A stretch of DNA of 64,000 bases from Vermamoeba vermiformis. Taxonomy: Eukaryota. Positions within the stretch are counted from its first letter, which is position 1; each line of letters opens with the position of its first letter. The stretch is from contig JBEWZL010000118.1 in NCBI GenBank assembly GCA_045837725.1, positions 1 to 64,000 on the forward strand, written 5' to 3'. Positions 1 to 12,386 of the stretch are shown piece by piece. Position numbers and translations under genes: made by a program. The notes beneath the pieces were generated by a model. It was given only the letters and a program-made list of their open reading frames with translations. It did not search any database and was not told the DNA's origin.

Positions 1-1152
1 TTTGCCCTGAATTTTGACAGTCAAATTTCATTTTTTTTGAACTCAAAAAATCAGATCTTATTCGGCAAATTACTGCCTTACATGGTCATCGATCGCTTTG
101 CAAGAAAATCGATCACAAAGATGATGTATTCTATCACTTATATAAGTATTTAAACCAAATATTTAAGCTTTACAGATTGAAATATCGCCGCCGGTTTTGG
201 GTGAAAAAAATTCAAGATCTTGCTTCGATTGCTGAATGTAAGATTTTGTAAGATTTTTTCTTTATACCAATATATTACTATAATTATTTGAGCCGATTAC
301 TGCCAAAATTAATCTCTCCTCACTATGCGTAAGTTAGATCTGTCGATCTGACGACTGGATCTACTTAAGGTTATATGATACTGCCCTCGATTTGCGTTTA
401 AATGTTAAAAAGTACCATATAAAGAGGGAATATTGTAATTATATTTTTTCAAATCATGATGTAGTATCGTTTCGCTGATAGATTTCAAAATTTTTGTAAA
501 AAACGGCGCATGGTTTGAACAGCTCTCTTCTGACAAACCAATGCTTACGATACGCTTTTAAGCACATACGATGATATACTAAGCTCGATTATTCATTGAA
601 AAAACTAGTGAAATGAAATTGAAGATCTGATCCCGGTTTGTCCGTCAAACTATGGGTCAACATTCGCTACCATAGAAATTGTAAGACACAAAAAATCAAT
701 CATATATATCATACTTATATAATATAAGGACATCATCGGTATTGAAGCTCACCAAAGGTGGCGTTGGTGTGCATTGCGGTACAATTGTGCCGTTTTTTTG
801 CGAAATTTCATGTAAAATAGATTTCAGTCACTTGTACGAGGTTGAAAAACTAAAATATTGACGCATTATGATAATATAAGTAATTGAGCATAGGCTGATG
901 TGATATGGATGATGGATGGCTCAGTGGTGAGCCACGACACGACAAATCAGTAAATTTTTTACTTTGCTAATTGTCGCCGTTAGTCTGAACCATGACATAT
1001 TAGAGAGATGGTTCTAGGAACTGAAAGTTATCTCAAAACATATACTACCAGTATATGATATTGAATTGAATTGAAATCAATAAGTAAAAAAGTAAACGAC
1101 TACATGCGTATCTTTAATATATCAATTAGATGGAAATATGGCAAGTGTTAAC

Positions 1153-2756
1153 TTACCCAAAACATTTTGGCTGGGAGTCAATAGCGTTACTCAAAGCATC
1201 AAACAACTGCAATATTTCATCGGCAGTACTATTCTCGTTCTCGAACATGACGAGCACTGAATGAAGAGCGACGTAGCCGTGTAACTGGACAATCTCATGC
1301 GGAGATTTTATCGCCTCAAGTCCGAGTCTGAAAGTTCAGATCAGCTTCATGTTTGTTTAATTAGGCATGACTTTACCGAATAGCAGTGGTTTTGACAACG
1401 TCACTATCATGCGTGGTACATTGAATGAGCATTGATAGCGCACTCGCTTGAATTTTCCAATCAATGCTCTTAAATTGATCCGCAACTACCGTACATAGTA
1501 CTTGATGCAGCTCTATCGCATAAAATTATATTAGCAACGGCTAGCTTTGTTGAAATTATACTAATAAGGCCTTATTAGATAATGCGTACCGTCTGCATTT
1601 GGAGTTGACGCATGAATTAGATCCAGCGCGGGTAATTCTGTGGGAATGCAGAACTTGAATTGGGTCATAGATCCCTCCTTCTAGTAATGTGTGTTGGTAT
1701 ATCATGTGTAATAATAACGTTTAAAAGCGGCATACCACCGAACAATAACGGCCAAGCGAGATCTGTAGTTCAATGAGAGCTCGGAATGCTTTGCTGAAGC
1801 GATCGTTTGGTTCTTTTACGTCTTTAAATGATAGACATGCTTTTCCGAGCAGATAAATTGCCGTTTCAATGTCTTTTTGGCCAATAAAGTTTGCTAGATG
1901 AACAAAATTGGCGCTCCAACTTCAAAAAAATTGATAAATTATTTGCGTATTAATTATATGTCATTAAGACTTACGTAATTCTATTGGAGCTAGTAGCAAA
2001 TGCTTCAAAGGCGAGTGGAAAGATAATGGACTTGTAACGAGCATCATTCCGCTCAAAAAATATTTTGTAAAAATCACCAAGGAACCAAAAGCCCAATCCA
2101 GCAATCTTTCCATTAATTTCGGAATATTCTAAAGCATTACTAAGTGTTTGGAAATTTTCTGGCGTTAGTTCCGAATCCGCCTGCAACAACATTAGCTACA
2201 CAATCAACAACGGGCTTATACGTACAGGGATATTGTGGACTAAACGTCTGCTAGTGTCCTTTATCGCTTCAGTAAGGTTATCTATGTTCTTCCTGTAGAA
2301 GATCAGCAATAAGATCCGAAAGTAGCACAAAATCTTACCTAACAAAATAATACCGCTTATAATCAGGAACAAAAACTCCTCCTATCATATAAAATTAGAT
2401 TGGTCGTATAATTGAGCCTTAACCGTACTCTCTAATCTGGTGGGAAAAAGATAAGCGTTGGCATCTGGAACTTGATTCAAAACACAGCAATTATTCTCCC
2501 AGCAGGCCAAATAATCAGTCCAATAAGCTTTTGAATTAATTATTCTCTGCCATTCCGAGCATACTTGAGCGATTGAGGCTGAATTAGATTAGTTAGCAAC
2601 TCGAAATTGCAATTAAATCGGGAGCACGCCATTAAATCGTGTATGTACATATTATTTAAATTAAATTATACCTAGAGATGTAAGTTCGGCTAATTTAAGG
2701 ATAGTAGATGTTATTTCCACTGGCAGGGCCTCAAAATAATTGCCAGAAAGTTCCAT
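1153..2756 (-). CDS. F-box protein with uncharacterised C-terminal region (multi-exon)
   Basis: ATG at 2756 gives MELSGNYFEALPVEITSTILKLAELTSL, an F-box LPxEI..IL motif; GT-AG introns; ORF 1971-2192 is an internal exon; probable last exon ends DALSNAIDSQPKCFG-stop near 1153 (3' end approximate). Confidence 0.65.
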
Positions 2757-3009
2757 GGGGTCTAGTTGATTGATACTGCTTCGTGGATTCCTCTTGGCTT
2801 AGGGAGCTATTAACAATTTGCCAACAAAAAACTTAATTTGTGACCGTAAGGTGACAAGACGACAGTGTAGGAATTTTCTACCTACGCGACTAACAACTAA
2901 TTTCGTGTCATTTGGCGAACAGCCGTATTACCTCACCCGATACTACTACGAAGGCATATATTTATAATAAAGCAAGTTATAACAAAATGAACAAAAGGGT
3001 TTGAATCTT

Positions 3010-6000
3010 TTATCGGCGTTTGGTGTCGTCCACGAGCTCCACGTATTCCAATCCAGAAAGGCTCTAAATATTATATTATTTGTTAATAAAAAGAATTGAT
3101 TTCGAAGCGACTCTGCTACGTACCGTCTTCTTCTTGCGACTGTTTTGGACCAACTTGATAATGACTGCAACACCAATGCCAACAACAGCGAGACAACCGG
3201 CAATAATGAGAAGAATATACAACGGATGCATACCTACAAAGAACAAATCAGTTAAAGTCTTGCGCAGGTGGATTGGATCCGGATGCGGATTGTACCTGCA
3301 GCACCAGACGGAGCTTCGACCACGTCAGTAGCAGGTGCGTTTTGCTCAACAGGCGTATACACAGGCACGGCAATAGGAGCTTGATAGACAGGCGTTTGAC
3401 CGACAGGTGCGGTGTAGATAGGTGCTTGAGCGACAGGCGTCTGAACAGGTGGTTGTGCCACGGGTACGGCGACAGGTGTGGCAGCTACTGGTGCTTCGAC
3501 TGGCGTTGCAACAGGAACGTCAACTGGCGTGGCTGCAACTGGCTCGGCAATTGGTTCTGAGAACACAGGAGGGGCGACAGGAACAACTCCGACGGGCACT
3601 CCTAAAAAGGAAAATGTTAGGTCGGATCCAAGACGATGAATTGGCTAAAGAAAGCATCTATATGACGAGAGCGTACCAGGAGCTTGCAAAGAGGCAGTCA
3701 AACTAGCTTGCAAAGGCTCAGAGCCCTCGTTGTAAATAGCAAACACAACGGTCGTCGACTGAGAAGTGGCCTCAAACGAGATTAAGTCGCTGGTAGCGTC
3801 AAAACGTTGTCCGGACACGGTGTCACTGCCCGCCGTAAAGTCGCTAATAGCAGGGAACTCGCCGTCATTCGAGACCAAAACAACAAAACTGCCAGTTTGC
3901 TCGGTTGATCGTTTCTTTGCAGCACGTTGGATGGACAAAGACAAAGTCGGGTTAGTGTCGCTTTGAGAACGAGTTGTGGTGAAGAACTGATATTGATTGG
4001 GTCCAACGTTAATTTGAGTGCCGCTAATAGGGAACGTCACTGGCGTTTCAACTAAACATAGGGCAGTTAGAAACAGAGCAGTGATGAGGTAGCGTCATCG
4101 AGGTCTTACTGTGCACAGCAGTGTTGACCGTGAAGTGGACAGTGATTGGACCCCAGTTGCGCACGGCAAGGTACGCCACGCCGTCGCCGCGGACTGGCGC
4201 AAAATGGCTGAGTTCGCCGTACATGTCAATGTCACGAACGTTGTCGCCAAAAGGAGGGAAGGCAGGGTACACGTCCTACAAATGTCAGATAAGCAAATCT
4301 TACATGCCAATTATAGTACCTCGTCTAAAGCAACAGAAACGTTTGCCTTGAAGTTTGATTGGGAAGTCAAATGAATTTCACCGATGTAGCGAGAAGGTGC
4401 TTCGAGGAGCGTACTTGGCACTTGCATGTCATGAGTGAAATAGATCCAAGTGTGACCGTTCACCGAGTGTTCGACGGAGGTGTCCAAGACGTACTCACCT
4501 AATAAATAAAGTTAATAATAACGTTCACTTTGGGGAGAAATTGTGGGTATTTAGAAGGGTCTGACATACGAATTCCAGTGGCTGCGAACTCATAGGTGTG
4601 ATTGACTTGAGTTGAATCAGGCGCAGCAAACAAGCCAGTGTAGAGCATGTAAGAAGTACCAGCAGTAAAACTCGATGCGGGCCAATAGACCATTTGACGA
4701 GTGACCACATCCGCACCTTCGACGAAGTTCTCGGTACGAGGCCAGTACAAGCGAGAAGCAATTGCGTGATTGGCAAATGTAGGGAACGGGTTGCTACTTT
4801 CATTGCTCACTAAAAAGTTGACTTCGCGCGTAATTTCATGATCGAAACCTTCAATGTGGTTGGTGAAGGCCAGATCAAAGAAGACTCCTTGATTGTCGAC
4901 GCCATTGTACGCCATCTTGTAGTAATGCCAGCGGTTAGGTTGAATTTGATTTTCGATGGTCGCTCCGAGAGTGTGTTCGAAGCGATCTGAAATTGCGTTA
5001 GATCGAGCTGGATGGAACATTCTCGAAACTTACTTTGGAAGGAGGCGACAATCGAGTAAGTCAACGAAACATCAGTGTCGTTGTTATTTTGTTGTTGGAC
5101 TTCAACGACGGCGTACCATTTGCCGTAAAGAGAACGAGATTTGTCGAGTTCCAAAAACAGATCTTCCACTGAAGACTCATAGGAGATCTCATTGGTCAAA
5201 GATGTAGGGAGTCTTCATAATTAAATTAGTTACGTGCATAGGAACGAAAATTCATCTTACCGGTTCTGGCGGAGTTGGATGCGAACATCAATGTCGTTCT
5301 CGCGGACGTTCAGAGCCAAATGGAAAATGGTAGAAATTCTTCGAAAATCGTTAGTTATAGTACAAAATTAATAACGAATGCTTACCTGAAGTCTCGTAAG
5401 AATGGTAATGAGCCAACTTCAACGGGGATCTCGTAAGCAACAACACGATTGGCCAGCTTATTGTGAGGGAGAACAGTGAACAAATTGAGAGTATAGACCT
5501 CTATTAAAAGTCATTAGACCGATGTCACTAAATGAATGAAGTCAACTCACCCATGTACCGAGGTGTCACAGACACATTTCCGAATGCAGTCTCGGGACCA
5601 GTATAGACAATTGCTACGGCATAATCACGACTAGCAACATCTTGAGTCTGTCTACCAGCAATGAAGAATTCGGTGGTCTAAAAGGATCGTGATACTAATT
5701 AGTCATTTGTACAAGATGTGGTTGGATCACGCGACTAAAATTTTAACTTACCGCGTCACTGTTGTTCATTTCATAAGTAATAGCGTTATTGACATCGAGC
5801 ACAATTGTATTGTAGAATCTCAAAGTGATTCTTTCACTAGGCAGTAAAGCACGAGGCAAGTTGACTTCGAAGTACACGATAGCTTCGGGGACTTCTTGGG
5901 GGAGCATGAAATAAGACATTCGAATCATATGCAAGCGATTATTTAAGAGGACGACGTCGTCTGTTTGGTCAAGGCCGCCAATGGATCGATCTGATCGATG

Positions 6001-7445
6001 AAGTGTCAAATTAGTTCGCTGAAAGTGACATCTTGACACGTGTCATTTTTCATTGCATATTGAGCGGAATAGCTCGCAATATTGCCGTTATTAATAACAG
6101 TTCGTTCTAACGTACCGACAAGTGATACGGTGAAAGTAGTTTCCAATTCCAACTCGGCGGTATTGAAGAAACCCAAGATCCATTTCGTGCTAGTCATGTT
6201 GAGGAAGTCTGTGATGGGAATTTCCTCGAACAAAGTCAAGCGATAAACAGTTTGATTGAATTCGTTGAGGAATTGAGTTTCAGCTGCGACAGTAGCACGC
6301 TCCAAATGACGAGCAGGAGTTGGATAGTCACCTGATAAATTTGTTAGCTTAATGTCTTTATGTTATTTAATATTATGTCATACCTTGACTAATCGTAAGC
6401 AAACGTTCGAGTGCGTTTTCGTTCAAGATTGGAGTCAAGCTATCGAAAGCGAGATCGAATCTAACAGCTGTTGTCTCCATAAGCACGTTTGCAGTGTGAT
6501 TAATTACTACATGATAGTAGATGATTTCCATTGGTGTTAATGTCTCGCGGGTTGGTTGATTGAGCTCGAATGGCGTATCCGCTACAGAAAAAATTATCAA
6601 AATGTTAGAGCACTTCCACAAATAGAAATCTAGCGATAGTCACGATAAAGCAAGTTTAGACGATCGAAATGCGTCGGTGAAATAAAAATTGTGCGCATCA
6701 GCGAGACATACCAAGCAATAAGTACGTTACATTAAAGGAGGCATTAACCTGCTGTAAATTATAAACTATGACATAGTATACTCCTTCGGCAATATCTGTT
6801 GAGGGCCAAAAAGCGACACCACGCGAAGCTAAACGAAATCCAGATCAGTATTTGTGGATCTCAATGTGATCGAGTAGTTTATCGTTAATAATACTTACAT
6901 TGGGCTTGCGCTAAAGCAAGTGATGTATCATTTGGGAATTCTCTGCTAAGGGCGACCGTCAAGTTGGTGCCAAACTCCTCATCTTAAAAAAATCAGAACT
7001 GTTAATTTCAAACTTGTCTTAAATCCTTCGAAGATTATTAAAATTAAGTCTTCGTATTAGACCAAAGATTAGCAAGTTCATAATTTTAGGTCCGGTTGTG
7101 CTTCATGACATCCAAATTGACAGTTCGCTAGCATATTTTCAAATATTACTGACCTTCCTCTAAATATTCTTTATCTGTTGTAAAAATAGCGAGGGCAACA
7201 GACCGATTGGCCAATTCCTCTTCTGTGAGCAATACTTGGTAGATCAGAACTCCGCCGGGCAGTAAAAATCCAGGCGCAAATTCTCCGGGCTGAATTTCAA
7301 CTAATGTAGACATATTAATATATGTTAATTTATTCTAATAATTAAACATAATTAAATGATTGTGTGACGAACCTGGATCCTCTTGAGATCGAACAGTTGA
7401 CAATGTAATTGCCAATAAAGCAATTACTACTAGTCCTTTATACAT
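3010..7445 (-). CDS. Large type I single-pass surface protein: signal peptide, repeated beta-rich domains, Pro/Val/Thr/Ala stalk, TM helix, short tail
   Basis: N-terminus MYKGLVVIALLAITLSTVRSQEDP; exons in ORFs 6373-6621, 6006-6305, 5743-6039, 4810-5199, 4499-5020, 3645-4040; xPV-repeat stalk in 3252-3599; TM LYILLIIAGCLAVVGIGVAVII followed by RKKK and a tail ending EYVELVDDTKRR-stop. Confidence 0.8.
3300..3600 (-). repeat. Coding low-complexity (T/A)PV repeats forming a mucin-like stalk
   Basis: ATPVDVPVATPVEAPVAATPVAVPVAQPPVQTPVAQAP in ORF 3252-3599. Confidence 0.8.
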
Positions 7446-7599
7446 TGACTGGTACTTTTGAGGTATCTACCACAGCACTGTAAAAAAATTACCTGTCAAC
7501 ATCGACTGACATTTCCCTTTGACTATTCCGCTTTAATTTACAATCCGTCAGTGTTATCAGATTCGAAACACCAATCGCGCCGCTCAGCCTTTTAGATGA

Positions 7600-7885
7600 A
7601 GTTTCTCTGGCCAGAGAAACTGCATGTGAAACCGAACCCACTAAAAGTCAGCTCAAGAAATGCGTAGTTTTCGAACCACCTCCTTTCGCAAAACAAGTTG
7701 CAACAGGGCAGACGCTACAGCCGTCAATTCGGTGGAGCACCAGGCTTACCTTTTGGTATATCTACGTTGTGGCAGCTCCATCCCGAATTCTCGCGATGCA
7801 AGCTACCTTTACATAGGCGATCGAGCAAATCGTAAGTCCTTCCACGTGCGCAGCCAGGAGTGAGTAACCTTGATGAGCTTTTCAT
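7600..7885 (-). ncRNA. Candidate structured RNA, class unknown
   Basis: Long stem 7726-7742/7770-7789; closing stem 7650-7658/7868-7879; hairpin 7664-7679; perfect 22-nt palindrome 7600-7621; A-C mismatches on + become G-U pairs on -. Confidence 0.45.
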
Positions 7886-7952
7886 TGATCAAGAACTTAA
7901 TTGAAGGCAGTTAATCGTTTATTTGAGCTCTGACTTTTTAATGACGATTCGC

Positions 7953-9408
7953 TCAAATTGAAATGAACTTCAAATCTTTAGGGTAAGCATTGATCATATT
8001 CTGCAGTATTTTCACGTTATCAGCATCCAATACGGCAGAATGAAATGGTTTGTTTGGTTGTCGTTGGTCTCTGCTGTAATTAATAGTCTGCATGACATCG
8101 TCCGTAGTAACAACAACGTGAACAGGACCATCCGGCTGTATCTCTAATACTCTTCGAATTGCTGTTCTAAACGCTCTATTTATGATTTCATTGATGTCAT
8201 CTGCATTCGCGCCTTCTAATGCTTTGGCAATAACATCGTGATCTATTTCAGTGCTCAAAGTATCTTGTCGATTATCGTTATGTCCTAGTATAGCAATACG
8301 AGTCAGCAACAACTCTTTACGAGCTGCTTCGTCCGGGTGTTTAAGGTGAACCAAATTGACTTTGCACGAGGCAAACCTGCAATAATTCAATTAACTTTAC
8401 CGCAATTCTCATCATATTCTTAGATATAAGCTATATTATACGTACAATTTTACAAATGGTTCGGTGATGACGTACGGATAGTTGCTGTATATCATCAAAA
8501 TTATGTCGTCCCGATCTGAAACTTTGCGTTAATAAGGCCAATACTATAGGTGTACTTACAGTTGTTTACTATTTGAATGAATTCATTAGCTAGCTTTGGA
8601 TCGCTGATAATTGGATTGGTGCCCACCGGTGTATTGTCAAAATCGTTGACCATTAGCAAAGTCTTCTTGCCTCGCGCTTGGGCCGCCGTTAAAACTTTCA
8701 AAAATTCTTCGGTAAAGCTAAAAATACGATTCGTTAGTATTGGTTTAAACATATTTAATATTCAAGCGTCGCTACCTTGGATGATTAGCATTGGCTATAA
8801 AGTTCAGATCGTACAGAAAAATTGAAAATAATTCGTTCTTATCCTCGTTTTTCTTAAATAAATCGGCCATCTTATAGAAGTAACCCGATCCAGTGCCATT
8901 ATACAAGCAATTCTTATTTAACACGTCTGGTAATAATAATTAGATTTGAAACGTAGCGGATCAGCTGTTACACGAGCTTACACGGCGAAATAAGGACCTC
9001 TTCTATGAATCTTTTCACATTATTAGCTAGAGGCACCTCGTTTAGGCAGAGAATGTCGCGGGAGTACGCGTGCATCCGAGAGTACAAAGACCTCCACTGA
9101 TCTCCAATAGCCTTTTGATTGCATCGAATTAATTAAGGTATCCAATTCCATAATGTATTGTATTACTTTTTTGTATTCGTGATCATATTTGAAATGCGTC
9201 CAGCGCTCAAAATATAACGCTTGCCATAACCTAAATGAAAAAAATATTCAGCCCCGGATCGTTAAAAATTAAAATATTAATTTAATAATTACCTCCAATT
9301 AGTGGTATAATTTCGCCATTGGCGACAGACGCTCGAGGATTGCACCAACGATATCACATCCAATTTTCTAAATATAAGTTCTACAATCTCGCTCGATAAG
9401 CTCTCCAT
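7953..9408 (-). CDS. F-box protein fused to a degenerate AAA+ ATPase-like module
   Basis: Start MESLSSEIVELIFRKLDVISLVQSSSVCRQW (F-box); Walker-B-like KTLLMVNDFD; AAA lid pattern HPDEAARKELL...IDHDVIAKALEGANADDINEIINRAFRTAIRR...VTTDDV. Confidence 0.7.
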
Positions 9409-9578
9409 TGCTCTTATTGTAAAATTAAATTAAAATTAACTGGATTGAACAGCTACTTTTGTTATTAATCATGCCACGTGTTACTATTTCTGCCGGAAAA
9501 TTTAGGAATGACCACGTCACGTTTGCGCTTGCTAGAACTTAGCTAATTCTTGCTAGGAATGTAAATATTCTAGTCACG

Positions 9579-9738
9579 GCGTAATCAACGCGGCTGGCGG
9601 ATTATAGGATGCTGCTAAGGTCGAAGTTCGCCGCAAGTACTTGTACTCGCCGCGCTATCTCACTTGAACGTTAAGAACAACGGCGGTCGTCCTGGATCGC
9701 GTTGGGTTGGCTCAAGACAGACCTGTTACGCAGTTTTT
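9579..9738 (+). ncRNA. Candidate ~160-nt structured RNA ending in a T5 tract (possible Pol III transcript)
   Basis: Nested stems GCGTAA 9579-84/TTACGC 9726-31, TCAACGCGG 9585-93/TCGCGTTGG 9697-9705, AGGATGCTGCT 9606-16/GGCGGTCGTCCT 9682-93; G-U pairs on +; TTTTT at 9734-38. Confidence 0.5.
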
Positions 9739-10014
9739 AATCTGTTTTGTGTCAATTAAGCCTCCCAAATTACTAGTACTAACACTAGTATTATTACGCT
9801 TTGATCAGTTTATCAGCCGAACGCACGTCTTAATCAATACTAGATAAAATCTTTTTCCATAGTTTTTCTTAAAGCTAGGTTATTGGCCGGCTCAAGCAAA
9901 TAATGCGGGTCGTGTTCCAAATATAGCAACCAAAAAGTTTTGTACTCGAAGTTTTTCTTGTTTCATTCTAATTTTCGTGTATCAGTTAACTACCGCACGT
10001 CACTAAACTTAATC

Positions 10015-10188
10015 ATGGACAACGACTTTTGTAACCCGACTGACCCACTTGTGACTTGGCCTCGCCCCTCTCCTCGCATGCCTGGTCCTTACTTCCCCGG
10101 GGACGACGATCCTCAATGGCCTACCGACCCTGTTCCTATTCCTAGAATCCCCAAAATCCCTGAGCCTATGCCAGAATACTACATATAA
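10015..10188 (+). CDS. Small Pro-rich 57-aa protein
   Basis: ATG 10015 after A-rich leader; MDNDFCNPTDPLVTWPRPSPRMPGPYFPGDDDPQWPTDPVPIPRIPKIPEPMPEYYI; AATAAA about 50 nt after the stop. Confidence 0.5.
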   Translation: MDNDFCNPTDPLVTWPRPSPRMPGPYFPGDDDPQWPTDPVPIPRIPKIPEPMPEYYI

Positions 10189-10630
10189 AGCGGGCACAGA
10201 GTTTAAAAATTCGGATGTAATTCCGATTGTCTCACAAATAAACTAATAGCAACTGTTATTGAGAAACATTGCTGTGCTTACATACGTGGTTCATCAGCGC
10301 TACTCAAACTGCACATGTGACCACCGGAATGACGACACAGATCCGTTTTCACCCACAAACAAACAGGTATGCAAAGCAATTACTAACATAATGATGATGC
10401 GCATTCATTACAAAAGTAGGCAACTGATCAGTTAATGTTCGTTACTCGTACATTTTAAGCCAGGTTTCTTTCTTCTTTCTTTCTTAAGACATGAAAAACG
10501 TTTCGGCAAGAAAGCTCTTCCCAATTTTCTTTTCGTAAATTTTAAACGTAATACTATTACAACCATTTACTACTAGTTGTACTACTTCGTACACGCAATT
10601 ACGGGAGCAAGTTTTTGGATTTTCGGCAAT

Positions 10631-11269
10631 ATGAAGAAAATTACGATAGCGTTGCTCGTGGCTACATATGCTTTCTTTATGGCTAGTGGCTATGTCTACC
10701 TAGTTGCCCCTACTACACCGAAGGACTGCCAGGCGAGCGACTACAGCTTGGGAATTGAGATCTCACCTTTGGAATGCACTTACACCGTAGATACGAGTAC
10801 TCCACCCAAATTTTCGCCATTTTATGCCATTGCCACTTGCAGCAAATATTTTCTTTATGAATACAGCTGCGGAACTACGGATATGTGCTCGAATCCTCCG
10901 TACTTTTGCACAGAATTTAATACTATGCCTCTTGGATGCAATAGCCATGATAATTTATATTATAGCTGCTATGATGATTATGCAGAGGCTCTAGCTCAAC
11001 TAGGAACCTCATCCTTCGTACAGATCGCCGAATCCAACGTTGATCAATGCAGCAATGTGGCCAACTACAAAGTCTATCCTATTAATAAGTGCGTCGAAGC
11101 GCTCCACCATGGCGACGAATGGCCTGCAGTGCAATATAAATGCAACAGCACGCATGTAGCGAAATCTTTTTTCTATGACGAAGGGTGCAGAAAATTCGCT
11201 TTCCTCGAATATCATCAATTGAATACTTGCGAGGGTCAAAGAAATATTTATACTTGTCAAGGGTACTAG
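10631..11269 (+). CDS. Secreted cysteine-rich protein (intronless, 212 aa)
   Basis: Signal peptide MKKITIALLVATYAFFMASG; many spaced Cys; AATAAA immediately after the stop. Confidence 0.75.
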   Translation: MKKITIALLVATYAFFMASGYVYLVAPTTPKDCQASDYSLGIEISPLECTYTVDTSTPPKFSPFYAIATCSKYFLYEYSCGTTDMCSNPPYFCTEFNTMPLGCNSHDNLYYSCYDDYAEALAQLGTSSFVQIAESNVDQCSNVANYKVYPINKCVEALHHGDEWPAVQYKCNSTHVAKSFFYDEGCRKFAFLEYHQLNTCEGQRNIYTCQGY

Positions 11270-11486
11270 AATAAATAAAAATTAATTATTGATCGTACCC
11301 GATCTGGATCCACTACTAATCTCGTCGCATTTTGCATGCAACATTAACCAGTAGAAAATTCGGGATTATACTATTAAATAGCGTTGAGCAATATTTGAAA
11401 ACTAAGCACCATTTCGGGTGTCAATTTCAAGCTACATCCGTAAAATTGCGATATTTACATTCAGTTCAACTTACATCGAGTCTAAT

Positions 11487-12189
11487 TTATGCGAAATCAA
11501 AGCTATCAATATCGGGTATAGCTTCGTCTTCTTTCTTTTTCTTTTCTTTGGTCGCGATCCTGTTCTCGACGTTTTTCAAAGCTCGTTTGTAGTCCTCATC
11601 GTTCGGATCTAGTTTCAACGCCTCTTCATACGCTGCTTTTGCTTCTTGGTCCATACCCTTCCATTCATAAATATACGCGACAGTAGCTCTAATCACAATA
11701 TTGTTCGGCCATTTTTGAACTGCTTTTAATGTCAAATCCAAAGCTTTGTCGAACTCTTTGACAGTCAGATAAGCTGCATTAAGATTATCCCACTAAATAA
11801 TGATATTAGTATGCCAAATTTAAGTCTTCAACATTTACTTACAGGCTCTAGAAAATTGGGATCAAGTTCGATCGCTTTTTCAAAGCATTCAATTGCATAA
11901 TCGAATTGTGCTTTTTCATATGCCTCGAGCCCTATATATTTTTGAATTATTAAAACAATATTATGATATTTTCAAGCTGCTGACAAATTGAATCTGAAAA
12001 CGGCAGATTTACTTTTCACTTTAATAACACTAAATTCCGCTCTAAATATTGCTAATAATTAATTTTATAATTACCTTCAATATTCCATGCTTCAGGCTCA
12101 GTCGGCTCTTTTGGCTTCAATTGGCCGCTTGCTATCAACTGTTGCACGAGTCTTTGCAAAGACGCTTCATCCAAATTATTTAAATCCAT
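11487..12189 (-). CDS. Small TPR-repeat protein
   Basis: MDLNNLDEASLQRL...EAWNIEG-LEAYEKAQFDYAIECFEKAIELDPNF...AKAAYEEALKLDPNDEDYKRAL, TPR consensus across 3 exons. Confidence 0.8.
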
Positions 12190-12386
12190 TTGTTATTGTT
12201 GAATGTAGGCTTAATAAACGTGTAAATACCTTGTTACCAAATTTAAATTTAGCTCCGACAGTCACGTGTTGCAAATCCTGAAACAGATTATTGGCACCTA
12301 TGTCAATCATAAATTTCGTATCTATGAACAGCAGACAACGGTGTAATATATATTTTTATTTTATATAATCAGTAGAAGCAGCATTA

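Noticed and set aside
1-1100. AT-rich non-coding stretch with short degenerate repeats (AAAAA..AGATCTT, ATCGATC), possibly a non-autonomous transposon
   Set aside because: No terminal inverted repeat, target-site duplication or ORF can be shown within the window
7858-7877. GAGTGAG and TGATGA resembling U3 snoRNA boxes B and C
   Set aside because: No hairpin between them, no boxes A/A' or properly placed box D, and the fold favours the other strand
10268-10410. Weak nested stems (ATTGCT/AGCAAT, CATAC/GTATG, GTGGTT/GACCAC)
   Set aside because: Stems are short enough to arise by chance
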